A stretch of 29,472 nucleotides of DNA from an uncultured Deferribacteres bacterium (GTDB lineage: Bacteria; Zhuqueibacterota; Zhuqueibacteria; Zhuqueibacterales; Geothermadaptataceae). Position numbers and translations under genes: made by a program. The stretch covers positions 1 to 29,472 of the forward strand of contig CAXHAT010000089.1 in assembly GCA_964014485.1 (NCBI GenBank), read 5' to 3'. This document shows, piece after piece, positions 1-8,000 of this stretch (position 1 is the stretch's first letter; every line of letters begins with the position of its first letter). The notes below the pieces were generated by a model, which worked only from the letters and a program-made list of their open reading frames with translations, searched no databases and had not been told where the DNA came from.

Positions 1-100
1 CGCACCTGATTTCGACTTACGGACCCTTCGTTTGGGATGTAACGGTGAATGTAGATTTGCAGCTCTCGATAGTTTGTAAAACTCTTTCAGAGTTCCCATT

Positions 101-171
101 TACGCCAACGGTTTCCCAGGGTATGCCGCGACGGCATACCCTGGGCTGGGGAATAGAACGCCTTCGGCGTA
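101..171. repeat. REP-like palindromic element, probably internally deleted
   Basis: Perfect 14-bp hairpin CCCAGGGTATGCCG-cga-CGGCATACCCTGGG (115-145) and small hairpin ACGCC-ttc-GGCGT (158-170). Ends TACGCCAACGG (101-111) and CCTTCGGCGTA (161-171) are inverted with 9/11 matches. Confidence 0.7.
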
Positions 172-200
172 CGAAACATTATATTTTAAGGAAACACCAG

Positions 201-1016
201 ATGAAATTGCACATTTTTCGGCATCTTTGGGGCGTCGATCCTCCTTGGGATCAAGATTTCGTTGAATTTGCACAAAAGGGCTATCATGGCGTCGAAGTTC
301 CGCTTTCCCTGGTCAAGGATATCCCCGCCTTTGTAAATGGACTTTCGGCGCACGGATTTCAATGCATTCCCATGATCTTTACCAGCGGGCAGTCTGTCGA
401 AGAGCACATTGCGTCGTTCCGCACCCAGGTCCACGACGCCCTGGTGCTCAAGCCGACGCTGATCAATAGCCAAAGCGGCGTCGATGCTTTCACCCTCGAA
501 CAGAGCCGGCAGTTTTTTCGAGACGCGCTGCGGATCGAAGCTGAAGCCGGTGTTCCGATTGCGCATGAAACGCATCGCGGTCGCATTCTTTTCAATCCGT
601 GGATTACAGCGCAACTGCTCGATGATTTTGCCGATCTGAAATTGTGCTGCGATTTCAGCCATTGGGTATGCGTCAGTGAGCGCCTCATCGACGACCAAAT
701 CGACGTCATTCGGGGCTGCGCCAAGCGGGCCATCCACGTTCACGCTCGCGTCGGATATCCTGAAGGTCCTCAGGTTCCTGATCCTCGCGCGCCGGAATAT
801 GCGGCCTTTGTAGAAGCGCATGAACGATGGTGGGACATTATCTGGGAGACGCAAGCGAACGATGGCCAGGCCGTCTCGACCCTGACGGCTGAGTTCGGGC
901 CGCCGCCCTACCTCCACACGCTGCCGCATACAAATGTGCCCGTAGCTGACCTGCGAGAGATTTGTGACTGGCAAGCAGATCGTCTGAGAACGCGTTTTGA
1001 CCTGAATAATTCATGA
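201..1016 (+). CDS. Sugar phosphate isomerase/epimerase (xylose isomerase-like TIM barrel)
   Basis: Motifs GYHGVE, HETHRGR, CDFSHW, HVHARVG, EFGPPPY. Start moved from 45 to ATG 201 (MKLHIFRHLWG) because AAGGAAA precedes it and the upstream extension runs through a palindromic repeat. Confidence 0.85.
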   Translation: MKLHIFRHLWGVDPPWDQDFVEFAQKGYHGVEVPLSLVKDIPAFVNGLSAHGFQCIPMIFTSGQSVEEHIASFRTQVHDALVLKPTLINSQSGVDAFTLEQSRQFFRDALRIEAEAGVPIAHETHRGRILFNPWITAQLLDDFADLKLCCDFSHWVCVSERLIDDQIDVIRGCAKRAIHVHARVGYPEGPQVPDPRAPEYAAFVEAHERWWDIIWETQANDGQAVSTLTAEFGPPPYLHTLPHTNVPVADLREICDWQADRLRTRFDLNNS

Positions 1017-1045
1017 ATTCCAGCGAGTCAACAGTGCCTGGAGAG

Positions 1046-1171
1046 AAACATCCCTCTGCTTTTCGCTCTGGACGAGCGAAAACCTGTCTCCCTTCAAAGG
1101 GAGTTTTGCGATTCCCCCTTTGAAGGGGGACGATTTGTGAAGCGTCCAGCGAACAAATCCGGGGGATGTTT
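1046..1171. repeat. Inverted doublet of REP-like units
   Basis: Each half reads AACATCCC-n-[hairpin containing CTGGAC]-n-CCCTTCAAAGGG. Hairpins at 1060-1082 (9 bp), 1088-1103, 1113-1130 and 1132-1159; ends AAACATCCCTC and GGGGGATGTTT are near-inverted. Confidence 0.75.
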
Positions 1172-1284
1172 GCTCTGCATGCTCTTAAATTCAGTTTCAG
1201 TAGTTTGAGCCTGAAATAGCGGTTTGTGAATAATTCAGGTTGAAAAGAACAAAACTTTATCCTGATCGAATGAAAGGTCAAAGT

Positions 1285-2082
1285 ATGACGTCGATGAAAA
1301 AAGTGACTCGATACAATCTGTTTTTCCTGATACCGCTCGTTTTAGTCGTGATTTCAAAGAAGGAGACGTCCGTGAACGCACAGCCGAACGAAACCAGGCA
1401 AGCGGAACTGCCTGCGCCGCCGGCGTATACCTGTCAGAAAGCGCCGCATCCAATCCAAATTACCGGGAAAATGGACGATCCGGCCTGGCAAACGGCAAAA
1501 CCTCTTCGACTCACTGACGCCGTAACCGGAGAAACCGGGCGCTTTCGCACGGAAGTCCGCGTACTGTACGATGACAAGTTTCTGTACGTCGGTTTTTCCT
1601 GTGAGGACGACTACGTCTGGGGAACCGTGACAGAGCGAAACGGGCCGATTTGGGACGAAGAGTGTGTTGAGGTCTTTATCAACCCAACAGGCGCTCGGCA
1701 TCAATACTATGAAATCAATCTAAGTCCAAAGAATGTCATTTTTGATGCGTGTGTTCTCAACAATCGAACCGCTCAGCGGGACACAGCCCTATTCACACCG
1801 CTTACTGACTTCAATCTGAAAGAAATGAAAACGGCTGCGCATGTTGACGGCCAACTCGATCAGCCCGGCGGGGCCAAAGGCTGGACGGCCGAATACGCGA
1901 TTCCTTTTACCGAGCTCTACGGCGCGCCAAATCAACCGCCAAAGCCGGGCGATGAATGGCGGATTAACTTCTACCGAATTGACTCTCCCGAAAAGGGGCA
2001 GCGCGATCATTATGCCTGGAGTCCTACAGGACGGGTTGCCTTTCATTTGCCCTGGCGGTTTGGCGTCTTGCGCTTTGAGTGA
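1285..2082 (+). CDS. Secreted carbohydrate-binding family 9-like (CBM9/DOMON-like) protein
   Basis: N-terminal basic plus hydrophobic segment; motifs ITGKMDDPAW, YDDKFLYVGF, ECVEVFINP, YYEINLSP, WTAEYAIPF, WRINFYR, WSPTG..FHLP. ATG 1285 follows GAAAGG; 1270 and 1294 are alternative starts. Confidence 0.85.
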   Translation: MTSMKKVTRYNLFFLIPLVLVVISKKETSVNAQPNETRQAELPAPPAYTCQKAPHPIQITGKMDDPAWQTAKPLRLTDAVTGETGRFRTEVRVLYDDKFLYVGFSCEDDYVWGTVTERNGPIWDEECVEVFINPTGARHQYYEINLSPKNVIFDACVLNNRTAQRDTALFTPLTDFNLKEMKTAAHVDGQLDQPGGAKGWTAEYAIPFTELYGAPNQPPKPGDEWRINFYRIDSPEKGQRDHYAWSPTGRVAFHLPWRFGVLRFE

Positions 2083-4319
2083 CGAGTGAAAATGCGAACC
2101 TCGCCAAATTTCCCTTCTAAATCGAAAGTTTGAGCGACGCTTTTGCTGTCAACGTCCTGAAAATCTGACGGGAAACTCACCTGTCGCTGACCTTCAGAAG
2201 TTGCGACAACGATGGCGGCGTCGCGCGTCGCCATCACCAGATCTGCTTCCGAACTCCACAATTGACAGCCTGCCCGCCTCGCAAGATAGCGCAGGATTTC
2301 CGCTGGTGCAGGAGCCGTTCCCAGATAGACGGATTGCCAGCCCTCGTGCTGCTTCAAGGCAAAAGCAGCGCCACCGCCTTGTGACCATCGCCCCAGCACC
2401 TCGACGTCGCTCTCACCGACAGTGAATCGTGGCGCGCGTTGTTCATCCACCCCAAACTCCGCCGGCAAGGAGTCAGAGTGCGCGTCAACCGTTGTCGAAA
2501 TCAACATTGATCCTGGTTCAGTTTCCATGTTCAGTTCGAAACCGATAAGATCACGCATGCGACGCAAGTCAACGCGCTCCGGACTCAATAGTGCAGGGGC
2601 ATAGAACCAAACAACCGTCATCCCGCTATCTTTCAGAAGACCTTTGAGTTGCAAAACGTCGTCATCGGAAAGATAGAAGAGATTGACTGCGAACAAGAGC
2701 TTGTACTTTTGCCGGTCTTGCTGACGCAGATCGAACCGATAGAGAAAATCCACCGGTGCGCCGAGACGGTGCATTGCGCGCGCCTGCGAATCCATAAACC
2801 AGCGACTGAAATAATCCATGCTGTATCCACCCTGCGGAAAGGGCGCTTCCGCCTGCCAGTGTCGCGTGGCAAAAAAGCTCTTCGCATCGTACACCGCTGC
2901 GATCTCAGCGCACGAGGAAATGTCCGCCGTTTTTCGAAATTCACCCAGTTCATACAGACTGCGCAGGCAGTTGATAATGGGTTCCGCCGCGTACCAGCTT
3001 TTTTTCGTGCGCAGAACCGGCCCAAAGTCAAACAGCCAGCCGCCCACGCCGCGAGCGAAGACTTGCCCGAGATCCCGTCGCAGGATTTGTAGCGTCCCTT
3101 CGAGCGTCGTTGATCCATCTCCACCTATCATGGTCATCTCGCGTTCGACTTGTGTGCCGCCAGTACCATCGAGGTTGATTGGCGGCGGTTCGAGGTAAGT
3201 TCCGGCGTCTAGCTCGGGCAAATAGAGTTTGCCGTGACGCTTCAACGATTCGAGCAGGATGCGATAGCCGCCATCACCGGCGATCCCGCGTGCGCGTCCC
3301 AGCCAGTTTCCGGCGCCATCGACAACGTCGTGTTCCCACCATTGCCGCTCCGGGATATTGGTCGTTTGATAGGAATACGGACTGGCGATAAAGTCGATCT
3401 CCTCGCAGTTCAAGACCAGTTCTGGCGCCAGATGGCCGCCTTCATGAATCCAGACATTCTCCAAATGATAGCCATAAAAGGTGCCGCATACGATCCTGCT
3501 CGCGGTTTCTTCCTTGGTGATGCGAGCAAACTTCAGGATCGTTTCGGCAAGGATGTCGTGATGAAACTTGTGATAATAGGAGATGACTTCGCTCTCCCGG
3601 CCTGGATCTCGCAGAAGCCCGAGTGTGGCATTCGCCCGCTGCTGTAAATCCGGCACAAAACCGAGCTTCTGTTGCATCGACTTACTGATATCCGGCACAA
3701 ATTCAGCCATGAAGTAATGCCACTCGCCATAAATGCCGCTGCCGATTTGGTAGCCGAGAATGCGACTGCGCAGGGGCGAAGCTTCGATATACTGCAAGAA
3801 ACTGCGATAGGCCTGCTCCATCTCGCGCTGCCATCGATCAGAGGCCATCGAGGGCTCATCCAGATGAATCCCCCATTGCATGCCGCCTTCAGGGCTTGGA
3901 ATAATGTCACGGTACTGACGATCATTTTGCGGATCGAACGGCAGGACGCAGACGACGCGCTCTTCAGGGTAGTCTTGCTTCCACCATGCGGGCGCATCAA
4001 ACAGAATGCGCGGCAGAAAGAAAGCCTGTGGATTCTCCCGTAACAGGGCGGCAAAGAGCGGATCAAACACCGACCAATCAAAGTGACCAGACGCCTTCCA
4101 GCCCAGATTCAGTCCGAGAATCGGGTGCAGCATGTGAATGCCAATCTGTTTGAAAATCGAGGCCGTCTGAACGAGTCCCCAGCTCCAGCCAAGCAAGGGA
4201 TAGGTCTCTTTCCCCTGGACAAACAAACGTGGCCCTCCACGCTCAATCCGGACTTCTGCCTGCATGGGTGGTTCATCGGCGAGTGCCAGTATTTCAGGAA
4301 AATGTTGATTTGCCGGCAT
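2043..4319 (-). CDS. Clan GH-A glycoside hydrolase, beta-galactosidase (GH42)-like
   Basis: 758 aa with strong RBS AAGGAGAAAGG. TIM-barrel motifs FDWS.FD, ILGYQIGSGIYGEWHY, DFIASPYSY and YLPELD; C-terminal trimerisation/GATase-like region (YKLLFAVNLFYL, VVWFYAP). No signal peptide. Confidence 0.7.
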   Translation of the reverse strand: MPANQHFPEILALADEPPMQAEVRIERGGPRLFVQGKETYPLLGWSWGLVQTASIFKQIGIHMLHPILGLNLGWKASGHFDWSVFDPLFAALLRENPQAFFLPRILFDAPAWWKQDYPEERVVCVLPFDPQNDRQYRDIIPSPEGGMQWGIHLDEPSMASDRWQREMEQAYRSFLQYIEASPLRSRILGYQIGSGIYGEWHYFMAEFVPDISKSMQQKLGFVPDLQQRANATLGLLRDPGRESEVISYYHKFHHDILAETILKFARITKEETASRIVCGTFYGYHLENVWIHEGGHLAPELVLNCEEIDFIASPYSYQTTNIPERQWWEHDVVDGAGNWLGRARGIAGDGGYRILLESLKRHGKLYLPELDAGTYLEPPPINLDGTGGTQVEREMTMIGGDGSTTLEGTLQILRRDLGQVFARGVGGWLFDFGPVLRTKKSWYAAEPIINCLRSLYELGEFRKTADISSCAEIAAVYDAKSFFATRHWQAEAPFPQGGYSMDYFSRWFMDSQARAMHRLGAPVDFLYRFDLRQQDRQKYKLLFAVNLFYLSDDDVLQLKGLLKDSGMTVVWFYAPALLSPERVDLRRMRDLIGFELNMETEPGSMLISTTVDAHSDSLPAEFGVDEQRAPRFTVGESDVEVLGRWSQGGGAAFALKQHEGWQSVYLGTAPAPAEILRYLARRAGCQLWSSEADLVMATRDAAIVVATSEGQRQVSFPSDFQDVDSKSVAQTFDLEGKFGEVRIFTRHSKRKTPNRQGK

Positions 4320-4646
4320 GCCTTTCTCCTTAAACTTGGGCAGACGAACGCTTTGGCCGTTTTTTCAATGCTTCGAGATGATTTTCTGACATAAAAAAGG
4401 AAGGCATTTTTCCACGCAAATACTTTGGGATTCTGGAGGTATTTGACCGCGAGTTGTACTTTCAGTTTTGGCTCTTTGGTAGTCGTCCGTTTGAATCTTG
4501 CTTTGCAGAGAAAATCTATGCCTTTTTGACAAAGAAATTTGCGCTTTATTTCCACTAAATATCATATAAATTCCCTTGAAAGTAGGTGTACAAGGATATT
4601 TTGCGGTTAGAGCTAATCTGAATCTTCTGAGAAAAGTATCCTGATT

Positions 4647-4807
4647 ACTGATGTTACGCACTCTTGGAATTTTCCGAAACGGCGCTTTTACGTCATTCCC
4701 GCGCAGGCGGGAATCCAGGGGCGGTGCGCGATTGACTGGATTCCCGCCTGCGCGGGAATGACTTAAAAGCGCCGTTTCGGAAATTTCCAAGAGTGCGTAA
4801 CATCAGT
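4647..4807. mobile_element. Fold-back MITE/REPIN-like element containing a CGTC-type REP doublet
   Basis: 72-nt arms (4647-4718, 4736-4807) are inverted with 2 mismatches around a 17-nt loop. The inner part is GTCATTCCCGCGCAGGCGGGAATCCAG and its reverse complement; the outer ends are ACTGATGTTACGCACT. Confidence 0.85.
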
Positions 4808-4813
4808 CAGTAA

Positions 4814-4907
4814 CTTTTTTCGGAGTGCGACGATTTATCGTCGCCAGCGACGGCAAGCTGCGCTCAAGCGCTTCAGCGTTTGACTCCGGAGTTACTCGCT
4901 GATCAAG
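4814..4907. repeat. GGAG-type REP-like doublet, copy 1
   Basis: CGGAGT...ACTCCG ends (4821-4888) enclose hairpins GCGACGAT-tt-ATCGTCGC and TCAAGCGCT-tc-AGCGTTTGA. An inverted homolog lies at 11253-11351. Confidence 0.75.
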
Positions 4908-5076
4908 GCTGCAAGCGCGGTTGGTAAGCTGAACAGCTTCTTTACGAAACTTCCCCGAATTGAACCTGTCGTCACATTTTTCTGCATCGGTTTCGCCTGA
5001 ACCGTACCTACCGAAATAGCCTCAAATCCCTTGTGATTCTCAGACGACGCCGAGAAGGAGCTCAGCAGGGCGCATA

Positions 5077-8000
5077 ATGGTCACCCCCGAAGTTTTGCCG
5101 TACGCACAAGTTGATGATTCCCGGAATTTTTATTTTCCGCCAACAGCAACGCACGCCCGCGTTATCGAACGCTTTTTGCAAATTGTTCACGACGAAAACG
5201 AGCGCCAGAATGTTGTTTTGCTGAAGGGCCCGTCCGGCGTCGGCAAGTCTTCGCTAATGGCGTTTCTGCAAGAGAATTGCAGCTTTCTTTCCGATCAATT
5301 CGACCCCGTCCGTTTGACTGAGCCTTCCGGCGCGATCAGTCTAGCCAGGTATAAAAATAAAAAACCGCTCTTAACCGCGGCTCTCGATTTTTCGCTTCCC
5401 TGGAACGGCTATTTTCGGCCTGCCGACCCGTTTTACGGACTCTTGAATCTTCGTGATCAATTGGCGAAAAACCCGAATTTTTACAGCGCAATTTTTGACT
5501 TTGCTTGCATCCAATATTTGTACAGATCCGGTCAACTAACGCCTGAACGCATTCGCGCGCTATATCCAATCGAGCATCGCGCTTTGATTTTTGCCTTGGC
5601 TGATTTGGCCGCGAAAACCGCCGAAGCTCATTTTGAAGACGAGGTTTTTAACGCGATAAGCCAATTTTACGGCAAAGCCTTCACGCCGTACATGATGCGG
5701 CGCAGGGTCAGCCGCGAAACGATCAAAAACCTTCGCTTGCTCTCTGATCGATTTGCACTTCTGGACGCACTGCCCAGGCTGCTGGCGGAAGAAGTGGAAT
5801 CGTTCTCGAACAACGGTGATGAAAACGCGCGGATCGTATTGTTTTTGGATTCATTGGAAAGGTATTATCCGCACACGCACGACCATCGCGACGACCCGGA
5901 GAAATTTGAGCAGTTTTGGCTAAATCGGTTGATTAGAGAACTGATTTCGAATAATCGCGTGACGCTTGTTTTGGCAAGCCGCTACAGCCTGCCGTACCGG
6001 ACGTCATGGCGGAAGTCCCGGCAGGAGAGAATCGCCGCAACGTTCAAGTTGGCGTCCCCGGAAAAAGCCGATGTTTCAAGATTTGTCTCGCAAATTGAGT
6101 ATTCGCCGACAGCACCGCCGGTTTTGACAAACATGCTCACGGCGCAAAACGGTCGATTGCAAACGTTGGATTTGGCGCTGTTCTCCGAATACGTTAGAAT
6201 GCAGGAAAATGAAGCGGCGCATGGCGAAGCTTTGCAAAAAAGAGCCGGGTCTGAGGCGTTTTTGCGATTGTTTCTCAGCGGATTGCCACGCGAAATGACG
6301 CAGTCGATACTTGCGTTGAGCGCGCCGCGCGTGTTCGATGCAGCGATCTATCTGCATCTCGACGACCGGCTGTATTTTCGAGGATCAGCCAAGCTCTTCG
6401 AAAAAATTGTCGATTTTGCATTTATTGAACGTCCTAAATCCGACGGCGAAAAATCTTATCGAATTTCGGCGCGCCTGCGTGCACAAATGCAGCGCTACGC
6501 TCGCAGTCTCGTGCGAGAAGCGAACATGGCGCTCATTGACTTTTTTAAAGCGCGGTCGGAAAAAGGCGATGAGTGCGCTTCCGTTGAACTGATCTACCAT
6601 CAAAACGCTTTGCAGTGGGAAAACGGCGTTTTGAATTGGATTCTTGAGATGGGGCGGGCGTTGGACGAGAAGCGTTTCGGGTATGCAAGAATTCTCCTCA
6701 GCGTACTGCCGGACTTGTCGATTGAATCGTCCTATTGGAAAGCCAGAACGCATCAGACGCACGGCGATTATTACCTGGCGCAAGGCAAGCCCGGTGAAGC
6801 TTCGGTTTGGTACAAACGCGCCTTGGGACGTTACAAGCAATTTTTAAAAGGCAACCCGAATGATCGCGAAACTTTGCGGGGTCGCAGCGCATGTCTGCAA
6901 TCGCTCGCCCAAGCCGCGTTTCAGGAAAATGACCTTAACGGGAGCGTGAAGTACTGCAATTTGGCGACGCAGCTTTGCGATCACGTTTTGAGAGTCGATT
7001 CAAGCTTTTTGGCGGCTTATTCAAACAAAGCTTCGGCGTTGTCGCTGCTTGCAGGGCTCCATCTTGCTCAACGAAAGCCGGAGAAATCTCTCGAAAAATT
7101 AAATGCTGCACTGGAAGCGGCAAAAGCTGCATTGAACCGAGCGCCGGAGTACGTTCCCGCGCTTAAAATTAAGGCCGGCGTTTACCGGGAATTGGCCAAA
7201 GCTTCTGAAGAAATTGGAGATGACGCCGAAGCGGAACGTCTGCTCTGCGCGGTCATTCAAACCCACGGCGACTTTCTGGAAAAAGAGCGAACATCCGAAA
7301 CGGCAGCCTTGGGAATTAGCATTTTTCTCGAATTGTCGCGCGTTCGTCTGATTCTGGGGAAGCTTGAGGAAGCTTTTGAAGCGGCTCAAGAGGCTTTGCG
7401 TCGAAGCGATCAGGCGATTGAGACGGGGACGACGAAAACGACGTTCTATTTGTTCAGAGTGCGCGCGTTAAGCCTGCTCGTCAAAATCGAGACGAAACGC
7501 GGCGCGCTGGCATCCGTTCCGAATTATCTCGCGGACGCCTTGGAAATCAGCGACGCTCTGGTAAATATGGAACCGGAAAACGAGCAAGCTTTGTCGGCGA
7601 GATCGGCGATTTTAACTTTGAAAGCTCACTACGCACAATTCAGCGGCGAACCTGATGAAGCGCCGGCGAATCGACGTCTGGCGGAAAAGGACGCGCTGCT
7701 GGCTTTGGAATTGAAACCGCAAGACGCCGTTTATTTGCACAATGCGGGCGCGATTCAATTTGCTTACGGTCACTTTTCGAATGATTCAAATCCTCCAAAT
7801 CCGGATAAGTTTGAAAGCGCCAACCGTCTTTTGGATGACGCCATACATTTTGCGCCGCAAGATTATCCTTTCATGCTGAATCGCGTTTATGCTCAAATTT
7901 CATCGCACGGGGCCGCGATTTCTGTTGCGGATTTTCAGGCGGTGAAAGAAGACGCCATTGAGCATTTGATCCCGAAGGAAAAAAATCGGCACTCACGAAA

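Noticed and set aside
45..200. 52-aa N-terminal extension of the isomerase ORF
   Set aside because: Runs through a palindromic repeat; RBS and family-like sequence begin at ATG 201.
4365..4790. 141-aa ORF containing HSRAGGNP...LDSRLRGND
   Set aside because: Translation of the REP doublet, a typical repeat-derived spurious ORF.
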